DNA of 64,000 nucleotides, from the NCBI GenBank assembly GCA_963681965.1, contig OY820579.1, positions 3,424,001 through 3,488,000 on the forward strand, written 5' to 3'. The notes under the pieces were generated by a model. The model worked only from the letters and a program-made list of their open reading frames with translations, was not told the origin of the DNA and made no database searches. Both the position numbers and the translations under genes were made by a program. Origin of the DNA: a bacterium. GTDB lineage: Bacteria; Electryoneota; JAOADG01. Positions 27,901 through 37,100 of the stretch are shown in pieces; the first letter of the stretch is position 1; each line of letters opens with the position of its first letter.

Positions 27901-30900
27901 CCCATGATCCACCTCTATTGATATGATATGTTGAAGTTGGCGATATCCATGCACTACCATCTGTCGGAGCATTATTATAACTATCATGACTATAATCTTC
28001 ACACCATTCCCAAACATTACCATTGATATCGTAAAACCCCCACGGATTATGAAGATTATTTCCGATTACATGTGATGTATTGTTACTTACATAATAATTC
28101 CAGGCATAAAGAGGAATTTGAGTAGAATCGAGATCGTCTCCCCAGAAAAATCTAGTCGTAGTACCAGCTCTACACGCATACTCCCATTGAGCTTCACTTG
28201 GTAGAGTAAATAAGTTACCAATTGCAGTTTCGAACTGCTGGATATCATTCCAACTAACAGAATCCACTGGAAGGTGATCGTTACTACTGAAGTGTGATGG
28301 ATTATTTCCCATCACTGCGCCCCATTGTTGTTGAGTTACTTCAAATTTACCCATCCAAAACCCTTGCGAAAAGGTTACGGTATGCAACGGTCCTTCGTTT
28401 ACATCGCGTCCAATTTCGGTCGTGGGAGAACCCATTTGGAAGCTACCGGGAGGGCACCACACCATGTCGATACTCAGACCTGAATTACCCAGCGGGAAGG
28501 ATTGTTCCAGCACAATCGAGAAATTCGCATTCGATGTATCGCAGTAGGCAGCATTGGTCAAGGATGTAATTCGTATTCGATTGTTCGAATTGGTGGTGGT
28601 ACCGGTCACTGTCCAGAGATAACTCCCGGTATTCGGGGCGTTGTTGTTAATCGATTCCCACGTACCGCTCGGGTAATTGCGATTCAATTCAATATTAACA
28701 TTACCAGTGAAGCCGTTGCCATACCAGCGAATCGTATCCATGGTACCGACGCGAAGGATTTCGCTGCCATTCGGATGAGAAAGATTCAATTCCGGAGTGC
28801 AGGCGGAACAATCATAGATCTGAAGATTGCTATTCACATCCGCGACATACGCATAGGCACCCGAAACCGCGACCCAAAAGATATTTTTGGTTTCCGGACG
28901 GTCGAAAAATCCTACTTCGAATAGATTGGCAGGATTGCTGATATTGATTACCCGGAAACCGGAACTGCCATTGGTGAGATAAGCATAGTTACCGGCTACA
29001 GCGACACTCGGCACCGGATTAGAGGTAGTATAGACACCAACCGATTGTGGATTCGACGGAGCAGTGATATCGAGAATTCGTAAGCTAAATCCATCAACGA
29101 TATAAGCGAAGTTACCGACAATCGCGACATCACCTACCGAACCCGCCGTAGTGTATGATCCGACTTCCTGAGGACTGGTGGGATTACCGATATTCAAAAT
29201 TCTTAGACAACTGACCGAGCCTACCACATACGAATAGATATAAGCGTAATTGCCGAAAACATTGATGCTGTGAGCACCCCCCGTACCAGTATAAGAGCCA
29301 ACCACTTGCGGATTGCTCGGATTGCTGATGTCGACCACGCGTAACCCATTGGCGGTGCAGGCGACATAAGCGTAATTGCCGGAAACGGCGACATCGGTAG
29401 CATTACCCGGTAAAGCGCAAACGCCGGTGGAAACTGGACTAGCTGGATTGCCGATATTCACGATTCGCAACCCATTGTCGTAGTCGGCAACATAAGCGTA
29501 ATTGCCCGATACAGCCACTTTCATTGCGGTTCCGGGGGTATCGTAAAAACCGACCTCGACTGGATTCTGGGGATTACTGACGTTGACAATTCGCAATCCG
29601 GCTTCCATTGCCGCGACAAACGCATAGTTGCCAACTTGGACGATTCCGTAGGGATTACCGGCAGTCGTCAAGTATCCCACTCTACGCACTCCCGAACTAT
29701 CCATTCGAACCGTAAAATCCGCATTCGAGGTGTCGGAAAAGGTCGGTGTATTGATCGATGTGATGCGAATCCGATTGTGGGTAGCATATTGCGTGGTGCT
29801 AGTGGGGTTCCAAATTTCCTGACCATCATTCGCAGTATTGGCGAATAGTGATTCCCACGTACCGCTCGGATAGTTGCGATTGAGCTCGATACGGACATTG
29901 CCGCCAACATTACTTGCCCATTTGATAGTGTCCTGCTCTCCGATGCGGAAAGTCTCCCCGCCATTCGGTTTCGTCAACGTCAAATACAAATCTTGAATCT
30001 GGTCGCTACGCTGGATGCCGCCATTGTGCGAGGCGAGCAGCTTGCCATCGTTGCTGCGGGCGAGACCGAAGACGAATAGATTCGCGAGGTTGGCATCGGC
30101 CGCCGTCCAGGTCGCGCCATTATCGGTCGAGCAAAAAATCCCCGTCCCCTGATAGTCCGCGAAGTATACGCGCCCACTGTTGAAGCCCTGCGCCCCTTGG
30201 AACTGCGCGCCCACCACTTGCAGCGATGGCGTCCAGCTCGTACCCTCGTTGGTGGTTACGAAAATCCGTCCGTCGCTGGTGCCGGCAAAGATCGCGGCAG
30301 TCGTAAATGCGAACGAGATCACCGGAGCATCGCTCAAACCGCTGCTCGCCGTTGTCCAAGTCGGCGGATTGGCGGTTGGATTGGCGGAATATTGCACGGT
30401 GCTATTGTCACCCGCCGCGATCCAGACATTGCCGTTGCTGGCAGTGCCGACGGCATGAATGAATTGATCGTTGACCGTGAACCAATTGGTGCCACTGTTG
30501 CTCGAGCGGCTGAGACCCGCATAGGTCGCGGCATAGACGTGAGATCCCGTCGGCGAGCAGGCGAAATCGGTGGTGGTGAGGTCGGCGAGGTTGTTGTTGA
30601 CCTGCGTAAACGTGACACCCTGATCGGTCGAACGGTAGACCCCCGACCCGGCGGTACCGACATAAATGTTGCCAGTGGGACTGCAGCGCACACCGTAAGT
30701 GGGATTGGCAAAGGTGATCGACGATTGCGTCCAGCTCGCGCCGCTAGTGGTGGAGCGGAAAAAGTGGCGGTCTTGATCGGTCGCGTAGAGGTTGCCATTA
30801 GTCGGCGACACGGCAATGCGATCGTATGCGGTACTGGTCAGCAGCGCGCCCCAACTCAGATCGGGCGTCGGCGGGGGCAGAATCAGGAATGGCGCACTCG

Positions 30901-33760
30901 ACGTATCGAGCACTGCGGGATTGTTCACCGCCGAGATGCGAATGCGTGCATTGGCCGTGGCGGGTGCCGTGACGGTCCAGTCGGCTTCCCCGAGATTGAG
31001 CACACTGGCGGCGAGCGTCTCCCAGGTGCCGGTGGGATAATCGCGATTCAATTCGACTAGGATATTTCCGGCAACGCCCGAGGTCGTCCATTGTACGATA
31101 TCCTGCGACCCCACGATCAAGCGCTCCTCCCCATCGGGATGTGTGAGCGTCAAGGTGCCTTGGATCGTAAAATTGGCATCGCTGGTATCACCGATGGCGG
31201 GATTGTCGACCGACAGAACGCGCACTCGCGCAGTCGTCGAGGCGGGGCCGGTGACCGTCCACGCGTAGCTGCCGGTATTGGCGGTGCTGCTCGCTATCGT
31301 CTCCCAGGTGCCGGAGGGGTAGGTGCGGTTGAGTTGGAGGGAGATGGGGCCGGAGATATAGGAAGACGTCCAAAATATTGAATCTAGAGTATCAACGTAA
31401 TGAATCAGTCTACTATCAAAGGGCACTAATGTTAAGGCGTTAGCGATTCCTCTGAACCGGGCTACAAAACCATCCTCTGTATTACCCCGGAAAGTACTTT
31501 GAAATACACCTGAGGTACGAGGAAAATTCGAACTATATGTGTATCCGACGATAGTAACCCCGTCCGAATCATCTGGACATATTCCATAACTGACATCAAA
31601 ACTGCTACCACCAAAATATGTGCTATAGAGTAACGATGAACCTCTGTTGTTTAAGTGGGAAATGAAACACTCATCAATAGAACCACCACCGGATCCTTGC
31701 AAAGCATCCAGAGAACTTGGAAAATTAGTGCTGTAAGTATATCCAGTAGCGATTACGCCACCTGACTCATCAGAACATATCCCATACACTCCATCATCAT
31801 TGTTGCCGCCCAAATAAGTACTATACAATAATGATGAACCGGTCGAATTAAACTTTGCTACAAAACCATCGTTTGTACCACCACTATAAATCCGTAGAAA
31901 TGCTCCAATGGTAGTTGGAAAATTGGCACTAGCTGTACTTCCTGCTATCACAGCTAAACCGGAATTGTCTAAGCAAATTCCATCACAAATATCTGCACTG
32001 CTGCCACCCAAATACGTACTACACAATAGAGATGAACCAGTAGAATTTAGATGTGACAAAAAGCAATCATTCGTACCGCCTCCGTACGTTCGTTGATAAG
32101 CTCCGTTGGTGGTAGGAAAATTAGAACTGTTTGTGTTACCTGCTACAAAAACGCCACCAGATCTGTCTCTGCAGATTCCATTTCCAACATCATAATTGTT
32201 GCCTCCCAAATATGTACTATATAACAATGAAGAACTCGTACTATCTAAATGGACAACAAAACAATCTACATTACCACCGTTATAGGATCGCTGATAGGCT
32301 CCTGAGGTAGTTAATAAATCTGAACTTGCTGTACCTCCAGTAATGAAAATTCCACCTGAACTATCGGAACAAATTCCGGTGCCCCAATCACCACCGTTGC
32401 CACCAAAAAATGTACTATACAGCAATGAAGAACCAGAATAATTTAAGCGAGTTATAAAGCAATCACTAGAATACCGATGAGTACTTTGAAGCGCTGTAGC
32501 GGTTGTAGGATAGTCTGTACTATAGGTGGAACCAGTTATACAAATACTATAAGCACTGTCCAAACAAACAGCATAACAATTTTCGTCATTTACACCTCCC
32601 AGATACGTACTAAACAGCACTGATGAACCTGAATTATTCAAATGAGTAATTAAGCAGTCAAGATGTCCTACATTGGATGTTTGATATGCACCAGTGGAAA
32701 CCGGGTAGTTTGTACTATGAGTATATCCCACAACGATAGCTCCACCCGTACTATCGGAACAGACTGCTCTACATCTTTCATCAACACCATCCCCACTCCC
32801 CCCCAAATACGTGCTATACACGAGCGGATCGATATAGAGTTGTTTCGAGTGGTCGTAGCCTTGCGGGAAGGTGAAGCCGTATTGGTCGGTGCCATAAAGG
32901 ACATATTCGGCCGAAACCGGGACACGCTTGCCGCCGATCATCTGATAGCAGCCGGGGATCGTCTCTTTCAGATTGCCCAGCGACGTGGGTAGCACAATTT
33001 CATTCCGATCGATCGCTAATTTTCCGCTCAATCCTTCCACCTGCCAGCGGATTTGCCCGGCATCGGCACCGGGAGCAACGAACAGGTCGTACTTGACTTG
33101 ATTCTTGAATTCATGATAGACGATGTCGACGCCTTGCCAGACATTTTTGTAGGTGAGGTTGGTGTAGTTCTTGCAGTCCGGTGCCCATTTGCTGCTGTCG
33201 TTTCCGAGAAAGTAGTTGCTGTTCCACGAGAGTGGGTCGGAGGCGAAGATCGCTGCTGTGATCCGTGGGTCGGGCACTCTTGCCCGACTCAGTGAACCCG
33301 ATAAGGAATTGACGGGCAAGAGTGCCCGTCCCACGGAAGAGGGGACAAATCGCCATTTGAGGGCGTGGCTCTTCAGGGGGTAGCGTTGCGGGCGACCTTT
33401 GTGCAGCGGATCGCCAAAAGAGGCGGGCGTATTGCCATACGCCCCTACGGACGGATCCGCGAGCGGTTTCTGGGTGCTGTCCGGTGTTGTGACGACCAGC
33501 GATAAACCATCGTTCTCAAAGAACCAAGTCAGACCGTTGCGCCCTTCCGCCTTGTATTTGACGCGCGCATCCCACTGACCCTTGTTCTCGGTAAAGGCGA
33601 GCGGTTTATCGCTGGATCGGAATAGCGTCTCTACTTGTTTTCGAGCGGCAATTTCGTTTGCCACACTCCAGGCTGAAATACCCAGCAATAGTAACAAAAT
33701 GGCGGGAAGAATTTGTGATATTTTTCTCTTGACTAAATAGGATCGTGTGACACGATTCAT
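24944..33760 (-). CDS. Giant secreted mosaic protein (about 2,938 aa): N-terminal SBBP-associated domain, SBBP beta-propeller repeats, BNR-like propeller, LVIVD propeller, FGE/SUMF1 (CLec-fold) domain, about 11 Ig-like modules, unrecognised domain, C-terminal FN3-like domain
   Basis: 'FTENKGQWD...NYFLGND..KW...Y..L.YKNVW.GVD...IDPL'; repeats 'YSTYLGG..D...I..D..G....G.T.S.NFPTT.GAYQ'; 'S.D.G.TW' Asp-boxes; LVIVD repeats; FGE motifs 'FQMGS', 'EVTQ.QW', 'LPSEAQWEYACRAGT', 'GNVWEW', 'RGGSW', 'GFR'. Start placed at 33760 (GGGAG RBS). Confidence 0.88.
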   Translation of the reverse strand: MNRVTRSYLVKRKISQILPAILLLLLGISAWSVANEIAARKQVETLFRSSDKPLAFTENKGQWDARVKYKAEGRNGLTWFFENDGLSLVVTTPDSTQKPLADPSVGAYGNTPASFGDPLHKGRPQRYPLKSHALKWRFVPSSVGRALLPVNSLSGSLSRARVPDPRITAAIFASDPLSWNSNYFLGNDSSKWAPDCKNYTNLTYKNVWQGVDIVYHEFKNQVKYDLFVAPGADAGQIRWQVEGLSGKLAIDRNEIVLPTSLGNLKETIPGCYQMIGGKRVPVSAEYVLYGTDQYGFTFPQGYDHSKQLYIDPLVYSTYLGGSGDGVDERCRAVCSDSTGGAIVVGYTHSTNYPVSTGAYQTSNVGHLDCLITHLNNSGSSVLFSTYLGGVNDENCYAVCLDSAYSICITGSTYSTDYPTTATALQSTHRYSSDCFITRLNYSGSSLLYSTFFGGNGGDWGTGICSDSSGGIFITGGTASSDLLTTSGAYQRSYNGGNVDCFVVHLDSTSSSLLYSTYLGGNNYDVGNGICRDRSGGVFVAGNTNSSNFPTTNGAYQRTYGGGTNDCFLSHLNSTGSSLLCSTYLGGSSADICDGICLDNSGLAVIAGSTASANFPTTIGAFLRIYSGGTNDGFVAKFNSTGSSLLYSTYLGGNNDDGVYGICSDESGGVIATGYTYSTNFPSSLDALQGSGGGSIDECFISHLNNRGSSLLYSTYFGGSSFDVSYGICPDDSDGVTIVGYTYSSNFPRTSGVFQSTFRGNTEDGFVARFRGIANALTLVPFDSRLIHYVDTLDSIFWTSSYISGPISLQLNRTYPSGTWETIASSTANTGSYAWTVTGPASTTARVRVLSVDNPAIGDTSDANFTIQGTLTLTHPDGEERLIVGSQDIVQWTTSGVAGNILVELNRDYPTGTWETLAASVLNLGEADWTVTAPATANARIRISAVNNPAVLDTSSAPFLILPPPTPDLSWGALLTSTAYDRIAVSPTNGNLYATDQDRHFFRSTTSGASWTQSSITFANPTYGVRCSPTGNIYVGTAGSGVYRSTDQGVTFTQVNNNLADLTTTDFACSPTGSHVYAATYAGLSRSSNSGTNWFTVNDQFIHAVGTASNGNVWIAAGDNSTVQYSANPTANPPTWTTASSGLSDAPVISFAFTTAAIFAGTSDGRIFVTTNEGTSWTPSLQVVGAQFQGAQGFNSGRVYFADYQGTGIFCSTDNGATWTAADANLANLFVFGLARSNDGKLLASHNGGIQRSDQIQDLYLTLTKPNGGETFRIGEQDTIKWASNVGGNVRIELNRNYPSGTWESLFANTANDGQEIWNPTSTTQYATHNRIRITSINTPTFSDTSNADFTVRMDSSGVRRVGYLTTAGNPYGIVQVGNYAFVAAMEAGLRIVNVSNPQNPVEVGFYDTPGTAMKVAVSGNYAYVADYDNGLRIVNIGNPASPVSTGVCALPGNATDVAVSGNYAYVACTANGLRVVDISNPSNPQVVGSYTGTGGAHSINVFGNYAYIYSYVVGSVSCLRILNIGNPTSPQEVGSYTTAGSVGDVAIVGNFAYIVDGFSLRILDITAPSNPQSVGVYTTSNPVPSVAVAGNYAYLTNGSSGFRVINISNPANLFEVGFFDRPETKNIFWVAVSGAYAYVADVNSNLQIYDCSACTPELNLSHPNGSEILRVGTMDTIRWYGNGFTGNVNIELNRNYPSGTWESINNNAPNTGSYLWTVTGTTTNSNNRIRITSLTNAAYCDTSNANFSIVLEQSFPLGNSGLSIDMVWCPPGSFQMGSPTTEIGRDVNEGPLHTVTFSQGFWMGKFEVTQQQWGAVMGNNPSHFSSNDHLPVDSVSWNDIQQFETAIGNLFTLPSEAQWEYACRAGTTTRFFWGDDLDSTQIPLYAWNYYVSNNTSHVIGNNLHNPWGFYDINGNVWEWCEDYSHDSYNNAPTDGSAWISPTSTYHINRGGSWGTYPVYSRSAFRNNSDIPSQTIGFRLVRSAMVLTLSHPNGSETLRYGTVDTIRWSGIGFTGNVCIQLNRNYPTGTWDTLAASADNTGSYHWTVVGTSSTTARMRISSIATPSLADTSDANFTIINPAITVTAPNSVLAKQVGSADTIRWTSQDLGGNVLIQINRSYPSGTWDSLTTQTATAGQFAWTVSTPASTIARIRITSLVYPTISDLSDTNFTIYEGLLFTRPNGGEFLQIGVQDSVKWVAGTVTDSIRIELNRNYPTGSWDSITTLANTGRYLWRAPNPATTTARIRLVSKVTGNVLATSAANFEIYHPLIYPNGGDVLTLNVADTIRWLYHGFTGNVNIQFSRTFPTPWVTATGGSNIPASRGYLAWTPTAPATTTYRIRVVPVGRTDLIDTSDANFTVVPTPQLTLTRPNGSERFLIDRPDTIRWTTTYNGYISIYLYRNGILGEAESITDMDTVRTRDGYFVWTPTGPISNDAFIYIVDGNNGVEDYSNSSFRIVNSLITVTRPNGYEPFVLGLTDTLRWSSVNVTGNVGIDIKRGNGSWDTLRTNLPNTGMFEWRPDGSASSAAWIRIRSVADTSISDVSDTSFTIFYFNWANTYRTRNPNANRQHTWNPVIPYDASTADRPPADVYFPDQSSSNYNPDSLGVHYIRSASDDISVSTVNREWDLTATAANFQNAQLTLRFTTADLPGGISDPTTANPTVMAVHSDDDGLTWIYQPGGMCVVDGAAHNTSGMITYQYFVTSVARLGKWSLTNSGLDPVITMPDSGRQCTIGTVDTIRWYAAINGGTVKIELNRNYPSGSWETIATETPNDGMELWTVSGSPSTNARIRITSYWGNPNTLLATDADTSNVNFTIVSAYTETPQAPQNLSITTSDAHAILSWSPVEYSTLGHALTPDGYRVYTGTSYPTTMTLLKTLAGATTTTWTDSNAVGISPKFYQVRAYLGSSSSAPVLAPVDAVKVRFESLSTDTKSRNVGGRK
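33265..33334. repeat. Inverted REP doublet (REPIN-like) inside the coding sequence
   Basis: GTGG-gtcgggcactcttgcccgac (33265-33288, +), 22-nt spacer, GTGG-gacgggcactcttgcccgtc (33311-33334, -). Confidence 0.85.
33425..33448 (-). repeat. Single GTAG-type REP inside the coding sequence
   Basis: Reverse complement gtaggggcgtatggcaatacgccc, with the same GTAGGGGCG head as the intergenic REPs in this window. Confidence 0.8.
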
Positions 33761-33866
33761 GGAGCGCTCCCGATGGCTGAGAATTTTTTTTATCATTGCG
33801 AAAAAGTGATTGCAGAATTTGAAACGATACTATCGCAACAACAGATAAGGATGAAAAAAAATGAAA

Positions 33867-33991
33867 GATTGCCACGTCAGGTGCTTCGCACCTTCCTCGC
33901 AATGACAGACGGGCGGGCGCGGAGACCCGACCCTACTATAGATCAAGAAACAGATCTGGATACACGGGCGGGCGCGGGGACCCGACCCTTC
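33867..33991 (-). repeat. Intergenic palindrome cluster: one gattgccac...cgcaatgac element and two tandem REP copies
   Basis: 33867-33906 resembles 62821-62858; gggcgggcgcggagacccgaccctac (33911-33936) and gggcgggcgcggggacccgacccttc (33966-33991). Confidence 0.75.
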
Positions 33992-34165
33992 TAAAGATCA
34001 AAAAGATCAACTACACCGATAATCGATAAAATACAAAATATCCGCATAAAGTGCATTGTTTCCGCGCACTATTTCATTGTTAACCAGATCATATCCCAGA
34101 TCGGGTCAGTACGCGATCCTATTGCAATATCGGAACTACTCACTTTTTGCGAACATTCCCTGCAC

Positions 34166-37100
34166 TTACTTTTTCAGAAAACGCATTCCCCGAACCGGAC
34201 GCGCCATCGTTGCCTTCACATCGATCGGATCCAATACCGGACTGGACGACGACGATGCATCGTTGAGATATGCCTGCACCCGATAGTAGCGGTTTGTCGA
34301 CGGGAGTGCGTTGATGGCGGTATACGTCGTCGAAGTCGCTCCAATCACTGTTGCCAACAGCGACCACGCGGTATCCGGATACGCCGTCGACCGCGCCGCA
34401 TAAATCTTGTAGCCCGTCACAGTCACTGGACGATTCAGCGTACTGGAATCGACCCGCGACCAAGTGAGTACTATATTGTTGCCCGATTGGGTTCCAACCA
34501 GATTGCGCGGTGCTTTCGGGGTCTGCCCAATGGTGAAGCTGTTATCCGACCAATCCTCGAGCAGCCCATTGTAATCGACGATGAAAATCCTCGCATCGGT
34601 AGTACCCGGTCCGGTCGGCGTCCAAACTACGTATCCCGGTGCCGCCGGGATGTTGTCGAAGAGAATTTCCAGATTTTCATAATCGATACCAGAGCGACTC
34701 ACGGCTACGACGAGCGATGAAAATCCCACCTGATTCCAGCGGATTGTATCCGGAATTCCCGGCGTAAGTACTTCGCCGCCATTCGGTCGCAACAGCGTCA
34801 AAACCGGATTGACGGTGTACTCGTCGGCACCGATTTCCGGCAAAGTGCTGTTACGCGACTCGCCGTCGATATCGGTTGTCACATACGATACCGGCATTCC
34901 CGTCTGATACACCGGCGCGTACAACATCGGTTGGATATGCAGATTGCTAGCCGGATTGATGAATGATGGATCACCACTGCGCGAATTCGCATCGGGGTAT
35001 CCGGGTGACATCTGCCAATCGGCGAGCAGCGCGTAGTTTGAAGCAGTCGATACGTAATATTCGCCGACAAAACCGTTGCCAGTGAACGGTACGTAGAAAC
35101 AGTTGCGATCCGAATAAAGCGAAGTTGTACCGAAATTGGCGATTGCGTAGTGATAAGCGCCAGTCGATTGATCTGCGGTCATATTCGCGAGAATGTTGTT
35201 CCGCAACGTGTCAATTCCGCCATATAGGAACAGCGCCGTAGATGTAGCAAGTAAGCCGTAGTCGGTACCCTGATCGATCGAAATCGTGTTGTTGTCGAAA
35301 TTGCAATTTCCACCGAAACTCGAGATACCACGGACATAGAAATTACTCGAAGCCACGACACCGGTCGCAGTCGACCGCAAGCCCCAAATCATGTTGTTGT
35401 GGCATTTCAACGAAGAACCATTCAGTGAATAGAACAGCATTCCGGTTGTGTAGTAGAAATCGGCATTACCGATTGTATTCTCGATGTTATAGATCCGATT
35501 GTTGTAAATCCGAAAGGTATTCGCGGTTGTCGTCGAGTCTTCGATTTCGATGCCGAGTGAATTGTTGGCAAAAGCCGGTAACGCTTTGATGTTGGTGATG
35601 TCGATATCGTGGATCGATAAATTCGTCATATTGACCGCATAGATCCCCGTACCGGTGATTGTATCGTTTGCCAAGGCTCCGATCGTGAACCGATTCGAGT
35701 TGCTCACTCCAGTCGTCGTGCTGCCAATTTCAACTCCGACATCCGAAAATGCACCACTATAAGCAAACAACAATACCCCTTGATACACTTTCGAGATTTT
35801 CAGATTGAGGAATTTATTGTAGCTGTTTGTTCCCGCCAGTGACGTTGGTAGGGCATTCGCGTTGAAGTATTGTTGGATACCGCGCGAAACAAAGTCTTTC
35901 CGCAAGGTGATCGAACAATTCTTGATAGTATTGTACTGAGCGCCTTGCGTCGAGGAATAATTCGTGAGGTAGTATCCGCGCCGGATGTAGTTACTGGCAC
36001 CGCTGCTGGTATCGACGACATTGATTCCATCGAACGTAACAAAGGAACTACCGGTCAATGAGATTGCACTCTGTCCGACACCATTCACCGGCGGCATCAA
36101 CGTAACCGTACCACTCTGCTTTTGGAAGATGACTTGATTCGTCGTACTGACACCGGGAATCGGATTTAGCGCGATGAATTCGTTATAGGTTCCGGAACGT
36201 ACGTTAAATGTCACTCCTCCGGTACCGACACCCGAAGCCGACAATGCCAAAATAGCATCGGCGAATGTTGCATAATTGGGACTGGTTCCACCGATCGTCT
36301 TCGTTCCAGTCAGCGGAGTTCCACCGATAATGAAATTCGCATTGCTGGTATCGCCTACCGTGGGAAGCGTCACACTAATCAACCGGATGCGAATATTCGA
36401 TCCTTGTTGACCACTCGCTGGTGTCCAGATCAGTCGATTCGCCGATAAATTCACTGGCGATCCGGTAATGATTGTCCAAGTTCCGCTGGGATAATTTGTA
36501 TTGATCTGTACATTGACGGTACCGGTTACATTCTGATAAGTCCAGCAAATCGAATCGGCAACTCCGACGCGCAACAATTCGTATCCATTCGGTCTGGTCA
36601 TCGTAATCAGCGGTGGATAATACGTAAACTCATCCGCACCTATATCGGGTGTAGTAGCGCTGCGCGCTTCGCCATCGATATCGGTAGCAACCGCGGTAAT
36701 CGGGGCACCGGTATTGCTTGCAGGCGAATTGGCATAGGATGGTATATGCAGATTGCTAATACTACTCGTGAAGAGCGGATCGCCAGTTACCGAACTCAAA
36801 TCACCACCGGTTGCAGACTGCCAATCGGTAATCGATGTACAGAGCGAACTAGTCGCGTTGGAATAACCCACCGCACCATTGGTAATGTTCGGAAGATAGA
36901 AGCAATTGTTATCGGAAAAGAGCGTCGTGGTACCGAAATCGCAGATTGAAAGATGATAAGAATCGGTCTGGTTGGCAGTGTAATTTGCCATGATATTATT
37001 GATAAGGGTATCGGCGCCGGAATTGATTTGAATGCAAGTAGAAGTAGCCAGTAATCCGCTATCGGTACCTTGATCCAATGAGATCGAATTGTGAACGATA

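Noticed and set aside
27820-27930. Diversity-generating retroelement variable region in the FGE/CLec domain
   Set aside because: No reverse transcriptase or template repeat is seen in the window, the domain is internal, and conserved codons are adenine-rich (AGA GGT GGA TCA), unlike typical DGR targets. A remote DGR cannot be excluded.
30197-31060. 287-aa plus-strand ORF and other antisense ORFs over the giant genes, thrS, murG and maeB
   Set aside because: Shadow ORFs of GC-rich coding sequence with no recognisable motifs, fully overlapping well-supported genes.
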